Positions 48,473 through 55,718 of a stretch of 61,726 nucleotides of DNA are shown piece after piece (position 1 is the stretch's first letter; each line of letters begins with the position of its first letter). The position numbers and the translations under genes are program-made. The notes under the pieces are model-generated. The model searched no databases. It was not told the origin of the DNA and was given only the letters and a program-made list of their open reading frames with translations. The DNA comes from a virus (taxonomy: Duplodnaviria > Caudoviricetes): the IMG/VR virus record IMGVR_UViG_3300005611_000023, positions 1 to 61,726 of that record, one strand, 5' to 3'.

Positions 48473-49536
48473 TACAGTAGATCCTCATTCTGCTGAACCC
48501 AGTTAGCAAACGCTGATGAACTGAACGCCACCGATTGCTTCTGTGGATTCTTCGCTATGTTGATGCAGAAGCACGCTTGCCACTCGGCATCTAGTCGTCC
48601 CAGATACGTCATAAACGAACTGATGTTTGACTTGTCGATCTTGTGTATTGCACCGAACACCATCACGGCACAAGCACCTGCGCTCGTAGGTACAGGCGCA
48701 GACTCGGGCGACTTCGTGATCGAGTCCCATGTCGGTAGCTGATCCTGATACTCAACGTAGGCTTGCATATCCCTTGCACCTGCTTCACCAATCGCACCGG
48801 TCAACGCGGCAATCAACGACTCGTGGTCGATATGCTCACGCGCTTTCAGTATGTGCGAGGCTCGCTCCAAGGATCGAGGCGATACAAACGCAGTCTGCAT
48901 TTTCTTCGGGTTGAAGATGTACGGATTACCGTCTTGCCCCTCGTCTGTGTACGACGCTAGTGCGTGTGGGAACTGATGCACCCACGACATGACGACAGGC
49001 TCAATGTCATTGTTGACCGCCCACTCAAGCCACTCGTCAGAGCTAGGCTTCCTTACGTGTAGCGGAATAATACGATTGCGCGTATGCGCTTTGAGTACGT
49101 CACCCACCCCGTCACTGGATAAGTTACCGGTCAGGAAGATGATCGACTCTGGGTGTACTGACGTATCTCCAAGGCGAGGGTTCGATGACTCGAGCAGCGG
49201 GTGCAACATATTCTTTACTGGTTCTGGAGCTTTCGTAAACTCGTCAAGCATCATCAACACCGGCTTGCCTGTGTGCATACCGAATCGCCCATTGGGGAAA
49301 TACTCAGTGATGCCTAGCTCACGATTGGCAATCGGCATGGCGATGTCGCCAAGGTCAAGCTGTGAACAGTCCATGTATGACTTGAAATGCTCGGGCTTAC
49401 TGCTACCGATCAGCTTCATAATGGACGACTTACCGATCCCCGGCTCACCCTGCAAGAAGTATCTTAGCTCTGGTGAAAGAGTGATAAGCGATGCCGCTTG
49501 CTTCAAAGAAACGCTTGTTCCGAAATTGATACTCAT
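48472..49536 (-). CDS. MoxR-like AAA+ ATPase
   Basis: GEPGIGKS Walker A, MLDE Walker B, TGN sensor, SPRS. Confidence 0.85.
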   Translation of the reverse strand: MSINFGTSVSLKQAASLITLSPELRYFLQGEPGIGKSSIMKLIGSSKPEHFKSYMDCSQLDLGDIAMPIANRELGITEYFPNGRFGMHTGKPVLMMLDEFTKAPEPVKNMLHPLLESSNPRLGDTSVHPESIIFLTGNLSSDGVGDVLKAHTRNRIIPLHVRKPSSDEWLEWAVNNDIEPVVMSWVHQFPHALASYTDEGQDGNPYIFNPKKMQTAFVSPRSLERASHILKAREHIDHESLIAALTGAIGEAGARDMQAYVEYQDQLPTWDSITKSPESAPVPTSAGACAVMVFGAIHKIDKSNISSFMTYLGRLDAEWQACFCINIAKNPQKQSVAFSSSAFANWVQQNEDLL

Positions 49537-49635
49537 TGGTTATTACCTCTATATATTGTTGTTACATTGTCACAAGCCTGTCGGCTTGCGTTTAGTCTGG
49601 AGGGTTTCAAAATTTAGAACCGCTCCATTATGTAT

Positions 49636-49664
49636 ATTGTACTACAAAATAGTAGTTTTGTCAA
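49636..49664 (-). promoter_or_regulatory. sigma70 promoter upstream of AAA+ gene
   Basis: TTGACA-17-TACAAT. Confidence 0.85.
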
Positions 49665-49667
49665 GTA

Positions 49668-49680
49668 AATCAACAACTTA
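49668..49680 (+). promoter_or_regulatory. IHF consensus site
   Basis: AATCAACAACTTA matches WATCAANNNNTTR; adjacent to the -35. Confidence 0.55.
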
Positions 49681-49685
49681 GCTCG

Positions 49686-50669
49686 TTAGTTGAAATACTT
49701 GTTGTTCGCCTGATTGGGCGTCTTGCCCACAGGCACTTCTTTATCGTAGAACACCTCCTCTCTGTGCATCTTCAATACAAAATCATCGAACGCTTTGACT
49801 ACTCTGTTAGGCGTACACCCCCGAATACTGGTTCCGCTACTCCAGTAGTCACGGTCACCCGCACCCCACGCGCAGGCAAGTAACAGCTTGTGCGACATAT
49901 CGAGATCGCCCTCGTTCGCTAGACTTACCATCTCCACGATGTCGTCTTGATGCTTCATTCCATACTGAACTTCGATCTTTGGCACTATGCGCTGAACTAC
50001 CCAATACTCGCTAGCTGTCCCCGTTATGCGCGGCTCACGGTCTTCGGGCATATTCACTTTGAACGCCTCCATAAACTCATCGTAGGTATACTCGGGGTCA
50101 TGTATCTTGCTCATGCTACGCAAGTAGTCATAGACGCGTTTGTACTTTGCACGCACCGCCTTGGCGACACCTCGGTCAACCGCCTTCTGCGTTATCGCTG
50201 GTGGGTTCGTATACTCAATGCGACCGTCCTTCCATTTAAGTATCGATGGATCTTTGGCGAACGCTGGCCTTAGCGGTAACATCGCATGTGTATGCACCCA
50301 CAACTTATTGGCCTGTCTGGTGAAGTTGATACCCAACAGGCTCGTCAGTTGCTCGTACACGCAGTTGTACATGGGCGCGTTGATGTGGATCTCTCCATTC
50401 TCCTTCCACTTAACGATGTAGTCCCACTCATCTTTGGGCTGACCGCAGTTCCAACCATCAAAGTACACAACGTCACCGTTCGCCAGAGTTTTGATCTGCA
50501 TATACTTACGCTCACGCAAGTGGATCGGCTTTATATCTGTGCCACGGATCGGATTCACATTGTTCTCATGCGTCAACGCCTTCATATAGGTGTCGAGCAG
50601 AGGAAACGCATTACACTTAAACATCATTCTCTCCCATCTTCCGTTTTGTGATATCCATTTGACTGCCAT
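49686..50669 (-). CDS. Hypothetical early protein
   Basis: 327 aa with GGGAG RBS. Confidence 0.8.
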   Translation of the reverse strand: MAVKWISQNGRWERMMFKCNAFPLLDTYMKALTHENNVNPIRGTDIKPIHLRERKYMQIKTLANGDVVYFDGWNCGQPKDEWDYIVKWKENGEIHINAPMYNCVYEQLTSLLGINFTRQANKLWVHTHAMLPLRPAFAKDPSILKWKDGRIEYTNPPAITQKAVDRGVAKAVRAKYKRVYDYLRSMSKIHDPEYTYDEFMEAFKVNMPEDREPRITGTASEYWVVQRIVPKIEVQYGMKHQDDIVEMVSLANEGDLDMSHKLLLACAWGAGDRDYWSSGTSIRGCTPNRVVKAFDDFVLKMHREEVFYDKEVPVGKTPNQANNKYFN

Positions 50670-50707
50670 AGTTATTTACTCCCTGAGTCTCGTTACAATG
50701 TAACAAC

Positions 50708-51004
50708 CTAGTCATTACGCCCCTCCCAATAGTCACGTAGCTTCTCAATCGCATCGCGTCTAGCACTGAATTGCTCCTTCTTGCGTAGGGCTTCGTCACT
50801 CGCTCGATGCCCATCGAACGGTACATCTGAGTACAGTCCCCACTTATCGAGGTCGCCCGCATCGTGGTACTTCCACTTATCCGCTGATACGCAATGCACC
50901 ACGGCTCCGTTAAGGCGCACGATCTTGAACCGCTTACCCTTACGGTCGTATACCCAGTCACCCACACCAACGATCAGGTCGTTAGTCTTTCTTCTTAACG
51001 CCAC
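50708..51004 (-). CDS. Hypothetical early protein
   Basis: 98 aa, GTG start with AAGGAG RBS. Confidence 0.6.
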   Translation of the reverse strand: MALRRKTNDLIVGVGDWVYDRKGKRFKIVRLNGAVVHCVSADKWKYHDAGDLDKWGLYSDVPFDGHRASDEALRKKEQFSARRDAIEKLRDYWEGRND

Positions 51005-51185
51005 TCTCTAGCTCCTTTTGCTTGTTAGTTACAAAATTCACCGCGATCCGATACACGTGCCACGGTATGTCATTGTCTGGCTGTGTTGAGTGGTCAATCA
51101 CCCAATGGCACAACTCAAACAAATCCTTTAGTTGCTCATCGCTGAGCTTGCGGAACGCTTCCGCCTGTTCATGCAAGTCACTCAC
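50982..51185 (-). CDS. Hypothetical early protein
   Basis: 67 aa, GAGGAG RBS. Confidence 0.6.
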   Translation of the reverse strand: MSDLHEQAEAFRKLSDEQLKDLFELCHWVIDHSTQPDNDIPWHVYRIAVNFVTNKQKELESGVKKKD

Positions 51186-51396
51186 TTGTTTCTCCTCGCA
51201 ACAATGTCTGCGCTGTGTCTAACTGCTGTTGCAGTTTCTCTATCGCGTACTCACGACTTTGGATAGCCCGCCTCGCATCGGTCAACTCGCATTGCAGTTG
51301 AATCACTTCTAACTGCGTCTGCCAGTTATCCACTTGTGCCTTCGTCATTATCCGCAAGGCGCAATCTAACTGCGTCTCTATATCTACTTCATTCAT
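51178..51396 (-). CDS. Coiled-coil early protein
   Basis: Start MNEVDIETQ after GGGGAG RBS. Confidence 0.6.
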   Translation of the reverse strand: MNEVDIETQLDCALRIMTKAQVDNWQTQLEVIQLQCELTDARRAIQSREYAIEKLQQQLDTAQTLLRGETSE

Positions 51397-51745
51397 CGTT
51401 ACTCTCCCCAGTAACCAACTCATGTCTTCCCTGTTCAGTCTCGCGTGACTCAACAAAGACAGTAAGACTCCAGATTGGATTCCCCCAATGGTCTTCGCCA
51501 AGCGTTGATCGAACCTCGACGTTCCACACTTTGTCGTCAAAGTGTTTCTCCAAGGCATCAGTGATGTCACCGAACGCCAAACATGACGCTTCACTCATTT
51601 GCATTTCTTTGGTCACCTTCACAACGTCTTTCTTCTCCAACGTAGAACTCACGCACACGTAGTTCCAACAGTTATCGCAGTAGCCCCATACCCCTCCGTC
51701 AGGGATCGGGGTATTGCAGTCGTTTACACACTTATCTTCACTCAC
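51389..51745 (-). CDS. Early protein with N-terminal Cys cluster
   Basis: CVNDC...YCDNC; GGAGG RBS. Confidence 0.6.
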   Translation of the reverse strand: MSEDKCVNDCNTPIPDGGVWGYCDNCWNYVCVSSTLEKKDVVKVTKEMQMSEASCLAFGDITDALEKHFDDKVWNVEVRSTLGEDHWGNPIWSLTVFVESRETEQGRHELVTGESNDE

Positions 51746-51959
51746 GGTGAAAGCCTCCTTTGTTGTTGATGCCTTTGAGATCCGCTGGATCTGTGAACAA
51801 CATATAGTTGCTCTTGTGCATTGGAGCTACTGTGCGAACGGTAGCCCTCGCTTGCTTATCACCGCACGATAAACACGTGGTGTAGCCAAGCTCGGCTCGT
51901 GCTTGCGGGGTGATGGGTTCATCACAGTTGTTACAATGTAACAACAGACAGTCGTTCAT
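51738..51959 (-). CDS. DksA/TraR-type C4 zinc-finger protein
   Basis: CNNCDEPITPQARAELGYTTCLSC. Confidence 0.65.
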   Translation of the reverse strand: MNDCLLLHCNNCDEPITPQARAELGYTTCLSCGDKQARATVRTVAPMHKSNYMLFTDPADLKGINNKGGFHRE

Positions 51960-51986
51960 AATCTGTACCTCTTGCTCTAGTAGTTA

Positions 51987-52274
51987 TTAGGAACGGACGT
52001 AGCGGTACGCCCAACCGTCAACAGCATCAGCATCGATGCCACACTCGAAACCCTCAGCCTCAGCAATACGCTGTGACTCTGCTTTGAGAACTTGAATCAG
52101 TTTGCCGAAGTCATGCGCTCCACCAATGTCGTTGGCGTACCAAAGAACGTCGTCATAAGAAAGGGAGTAGGACTCTGCAAGATCTTGCAGATATTCTTTG
52201 CGACTACTGAAGCCATGCTTTTTATAGTCAACTTTGCGGACGATCACGCGTCGCTCGGAGTTCGTTCTGTACAT
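51987..52274 (-). CDS. Hypothetical early protein
   Basis: 95 aa; AGAGG RBS; first gene after promoter 52366-52394. Confidence 0.7.
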   Translation of the reverse strand: MYRTNSERRVIVRKVDYKKHGFSSRKEYLQDLAESYSLSYDDVLWYANDIGGAHDFGKLIQVLKAESQRIAEAEGFECGIDADAVDGWAYRYVRS

Positions 52275-52365
52275 AATGTGTTACCTCTATGCCGTTGTTA
52301 CATTGTCACAAGCCTCGCAGGAAATACTGGCGGGCGCGTGTTACTCAACTCGACTTTTTATTTAT

Positions 52366-52394
52366 ATTATCTCATTTTTTCTTGACTTTGTCAA
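52366..52394 (-). promoter_or_regulatory. sigma70 early promoter
   Basis: TTGACA-17-GATAAT; -35 lies inside palindrome TTGACAAAGTCAA. Confidence 0.8.
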
Positions 52395-52429
52395 ATAAAT
52401 CAGGAAGTAAACTTGGCAGTGCGGTTGGG

Positions 52430-52730
52430 GTAATGTTAGAAAGTTCAAAAGTGGATTGCTAAAGTTCAAAGTTTTTCTAACGATGCAAAACCTTGTCTGG
52501 TGCGGGCTGGAGGGTGTTTTTATATGTATTGTTAGATTGTTAGAAAAATAAATATAGTTTCCTGTAGGTCTCACTTTTGATCGTGATTGCATCTGCGTAA
52601 AGACCTTCTTGATCTCCTATAAAAACGTGTTTTATTTTTCTAACAATCTAACATTGTGAACATTACTTAAAAATCAATGACTTAGCGTCTAACAATACAA
52701 AAGTGGTTTTTGAACTTTCTAACAATAGGT
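52430..52730. other. Candidate replication origin: AT-rich, nested inverted repeats, TCTAACAAT iterons, IHF site
   Basis: 17-bp IR 52434-50/52708-24; 23-bp IR 52530-52/52631-53; IHF consensus 52672-84. Confidence 0.55.
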
Positions 52731-52976
52731 TGTTACAATGTAACGAAGTAGCCAGAAATAAGGGGTTGACAAGGCTAGGCTGCGGACAGTAAGCTGGTTC
52801 CAGCTTACTGGGTAGGCACAAGGGGGCTTCCGCTTCCGAAGGAACTGTCATCAGCGTTGTTACAATGTAACTAGGTGCAGACCAGACCCCGATTGCAACT
52901 CCGATGCCCACCTTCCACCTAACACATCATGTGCTTCCGCTCGCAAAGGAACTGTCATTACGTTTGTTGAGGCAAT

Positions 52977-53006
52977 AAAAAAGGGCGACCCTTTCGGATC
53001 GCCCTT
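52977..53006 (-). terminator. Rho-independent terminator
   Basis: AAGGGCGA/TCGCCCTT stem with minus-strand U-tract. Confidence 0.85.
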
Positions 53007-53025
53007 AGCGCGGTAGCCTAGTGGA

Positions 53026-53559
53026 TTAGATGTTGCTCAGATCAATCTTCCAAGTGTTCACCAACTCATCGCGTATTGCTTTGAAGCTGGCAGAAACCTT
53101 GGTTGACCGTTTCTCAGCACGTGCTCCCGCCTTGTAGAGTAGGAGCAACTCTTCTGGGTAACGAACGTCTAGGTCACGTTCGCCAGTCCCACCCTCTTGC
53201 TCAATCTTCAGACCGAGCTTTAATTGTGCAGTCTCCCGCACTCGACTCCATTGAGTACGTGCAGCTCCATGAGCTTTTTTGTACTCCGCAGAGTCTTTTT
53301 CCAGACCCTCGACGCAAACAGCGTAGAACGCATCGCGTTCACCGTTTACCTCTTTAGCCCATTCGTTAACAGCCTTACCGTCAACCTGACACCAAAAGAC
53401 ACCGTCTTTAGCATCTGGCCACCGTGCTATCAGGTCATCAGCGTACCGAGCCTGAAGGCCGTAAGACCTACGTGTTGCAATACCGAGTTCGTTCCGAGAC
53501 TCGACCCATGCAGGTGTTTGAGTAGTACCTGCAACTACCTTAGAGGTTTCTTTCACCAC
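53026..53559 (-). CDS. First-early protein, paralog B
   Basis: 177 aa; shares KEVNGERDAFYA and AHGAARTQWSRVR with 54101. Confidence 0.8.
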   Translation of the reverse strand: MVKETSKVVAGTTQTPAWVESRNELGIATRRSYGLQARYADDLIARWPDAKDGVFWCQVDGKAVNEWAKEVNGERDAFYAVCVEGLEKDSAEYKKAHGAARTQWSRVRETAQLKLGLKIEQEGGTGERDLDVRYPEELLLLYKAGARAEKRSTKVSASFKAIRDELVNTWKIDLSNI

Positions 53560-53820
53560 TAGACTCCATTGTTAAATAACAAGCCACGGGGCTACCGCGC
53601 TGTCCCGAAGGACGCCTTAATTATATAATTTGTCTTACATTGTTAGACTTTTTCTGTTAGCAATAACTTTGTCACAATGTAACGTCCCGTCTGGCGCGGG
53701 TTCTAGCGGGTACGCTACTAACCCCAAGACCACCCAATGCTTCCGCTACCAAAGGAACTGTCATCAAAGCATATCCTTCCGCTCGCAAAGGAACTGTCAT
53801 CAAGGAACTTTCGTTGAGGC

Positions 53821-53845
53821 AAAAAAAAGCCCGCTTTCGCGGGCT
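53821..53845 (-). terminator. Rho-independent terminator
   Basis: AGCCCGC-GAAA-GCGGGCT then U-tract on minus strand. Confidence 0.9.
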
Positions 53846-53850
53846 GTTGG

Positions 53851-54036
53851 TTAGATGTCGTTTCGGTGTCTTTCGTAGTGAGAGTACAACATTGCGACAA
53901 TCCAGAGAGCGATACCGATGAGTGAGATGAAAGCACCAAGTAAAGTATCGTGCAGAGTGAGCGGTGCTTGTTCGATGTATCCGACACCGCTTAGCACCAT
54001 GAAAAGGCCAGTAAAAACTAATGATCCAATAAGCAT
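53851..54036 (-). CDS. 61-aa two-TM membrane protein
   Basis: AGGAG RBS before ATG 54036; two hydrophobic helices. Confidence 0.65.
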   Translation of the reverse strand: MLIGSLVFTGLFMVLSGVGYIEQAPLTLHDTLLGAFISLIGIALWIVAMLYSHYERHRNDI

Positions 54037-54052
54037 AATTGACTCCTGATTG

Positions 54053-54079
54053 AAAAGAGAAACCCCGCCGAAGCGGGGT
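54053..54079 (-). terminator. Terminator-like hairpin (UUCG loop)
   Basis: ACCCCGC-TTCG-GCGGGGT followed by an interrupted U-tract. Confidence 0.7.
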
Positions 54080-54100
54080 GTCCAAGGCCTTGGGTTTTGG

Positions 54101-54640
54101 TTAGATGGACGAGATGTCCACTTTCCAAGTGTCAACTAAAAGATCGCGTGTCGCTTTGAGAGACGCTCGCGCATTTGCAGAGCGCGTCTCGTTGCGAGCT
54201 ATCCGCTTGTAGATCGTTAAGTAGATCTCTGGCAGATACTCATCAAGCGGTTTCTCTGAGTTATCCTTGTTATCGGACTCCTCTTTGAAGCCGGCCTTGA
54301 TGGCCGCGATGTCCCGAACCCGTGACCATTGAGTCCGCGCCGCACCATGTGCCCGCTTGTACTCGATGGATTCAGGTTCCAACCCCTCGACGCAGGAAGC
54401 GTAGAAAGCGTCACGCTCACCATTTACTTCCTTTGCGAAGTCGTTAACGTCTTTGCCGCCCACTTCAAACCACATCATTTTGGTTTCGGTGTTTGGCTTT
54501 GACCAACGCTCGTTGAGTGCTACCGCATACGAAGACTGTAGTCCGTATCCGCGGCGAGTAGCTTCACCAAGTGCATTACGCGCTTGAACCCAAACCGGTG
54601 TTTCAGTTGCACCGGCAACAACCTTAGCTGTGTTAGACAT
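54101..54640 (-). CDS. First-early protein, paralog A
   Basis: Start MSNTAKVVAG after AAGGAG; paralog of 53026. Confidence 0.8.
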   Translation of the reverse strand: MSNTAKVVAGATETPVWVQARNALGEATRRGYGLQSSYAVALNERWSKPNTETKMMWFEVGGKDVNDFAKEVNGERDAFYASCVEGLEPESIEYKRAHGAARTQWSRVRDIAAIKAGFKEESDNKDNSEKPLDEYLPEIYLTIYKRIARNETRSANARASLKATRDLLVDTWKVDISSI

Positions 54641-54804
54641 AGCTAGACTCCTTAATAGATTGTGAAAGAACAAATGTCCAAGGCCGTTGGACGCTTTCAT
54701 TATATCGACGTAGCTGTAAGACAGCGTTGGTCTTGTTAACAATAACGTTGTTACAATGTAACAACCCTGCAGGCCTTATGGGGCGGGGGTTTCACGATGT
54801 CCAG

Positions 54805-54835
54805 CCCTACCCCTACCCTACCCCCTACCCCCCTA
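54805..54835 (-). repeat. (TAG3-6)x5 G-tract array with four overlapping GGGTAGGG
   Basis: Plus strand CCCTACCCCTACCCTACCCCCTACCCCCCTA. Confidence 0.85.
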
Positions 54836-55100
54836 AATATTATCTAGTTACATCAGTCCCCCCTTTACTTGGTAATATGCACATTAGATGACCAATTTTG
54901 ACAAAGCCTTCCCCTCCCTTAGACATTGTCCAAAAGACCCCCACCCCCTTCTATTCTGCGCCCACTTGCCACGCACTCTGTCTGAGGAAGTACCCCCCTA
55001 CCTAAAAAAATAGAGTCCCGTTTCCTTGGTATATTTGTATTTCTTGCAAATACTCTGTTAGAGTCACGCCAACTGAGGCCACAAACCGCCGTACAGACAT

Positions 55101-55718
55101 ATGCCAGCTAAAATAGAACCTACGAAAGACAAGCCGATTCCGTACGATACGTCGGATGACACTGTGCCGACCCTGCTTGAAGAGCTGGCCGTTGCTGGAA
55201 ACACCGCTGAATTAAAAGCCGAACTTGGTGCACCCCTTGAGGTGACTGAAGCCGATGCCGAGCGTGAGAAGAAACTGCTTGAAGCCGTCGTCAAAGATAA
55301 AAGCACCAAGAACCTGACAAACCAAAACACCGCATTTGCTGCCGCAGCTTTCCTGAGAACCTATGGAAGCTCGCTGGCGTTAGACGTTGCGTCTGCTAGA
55401 TCAGCCATTACGAACAAGTTGATGGAGATCGCAAACTGCGGAGACACAAGATACGAGCTAAAGGCTCTGGAGTTGCTGGGCAAGCATAGTGACATTGGTC
55501 TGTTCACCGAGCGTAGTGAAGTGACCATCAACTATAAGAACCCAGAGGACTTGGAGAATGCGATCAAGGAGCGTGTTAAACGCCTGTTGAACGCAGATGT
55601 GATCGATGTGACCCCGTTGGGGATGGACTTGGATGAGGAGTTGGGGGTGTATACCGAGGAACACCCTCCACTGGAAGGGTTAGCAGCGGAACTAGAGAAT
55701 GGCAGCCAAAGCGAGTGA
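55101..55718 (+). CDS. Probable terminase small subunit
   Basis: LKALELLGKHSDIGLF motif; overlaps terL start. Confidence 0.7.
   Translation: MPAKIEPTKDKPIPYDTSDDTVPTLLEELAVAGNTAELKAELGAPLEVTEADAEREKKLLEAVVKDKSTKNLTNQNTAFAAAAFLRTYGSSLALDVASARSAITNKLMEIANCGDTRYELKALELLGKHSDIGLFTERSEVTINYKNPEDLENAIKERVKRLLNADVIDVTPLGMDLDEELGVYTEEHPPLEGLAAELENGSQSE

Larger units (their letters stand above)
52827..53800 (+). repeat. Co-oriented bipartite repeat CTTCCGCT-N4-AAGGAACTGTCAT, 4 copies
   Basis: 52827-51, 52934-58, 53740-64, 53776-800; split copy at 44101-44138. Confidence 0.9.
44805..54762. repeat. Dispersed 13-bp palindrome GTBACAWTGTVAC, 12 copies
   Basis: Copies start at 44805, 44872, 46802, 48452, 49561, 50692, 51930, 52297, 52732, 52859, 53671, 54750. 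Confidence 0.92.

Noticed and set aside
49620-49647. dif/Xer site (CATTA-TGTATA-TT)
   Set aside because: Only the central hexamer matches; the XerD arm TTATGTTAAAT is absent and the sequence is explained by a -10 box
52823-52856. Hammerhead ribozyme (minus-strand CUGAUGA...GAAG)
   Set aside because: GAAA core is absent, stem II does not pair properly, and the other copies lack CUGAUGA
52362-52911. ORFs 52362..52592 and 52663..52911 (and 53672..54085)
   Set aside because: They run through promoters, inverted repeats and terminators and lack RBSs; repeated MTVP/LHCN words are translations of DNA motifs
52827-53800. CRISPR mini-array from the 25-bp repeats
   Set aside because: Spacing is irregular (82, about 780 and 11 nt), the repeat has a variable core and there is no cas operon; the Cas4-like gene is an ordinary replication-module nuclease
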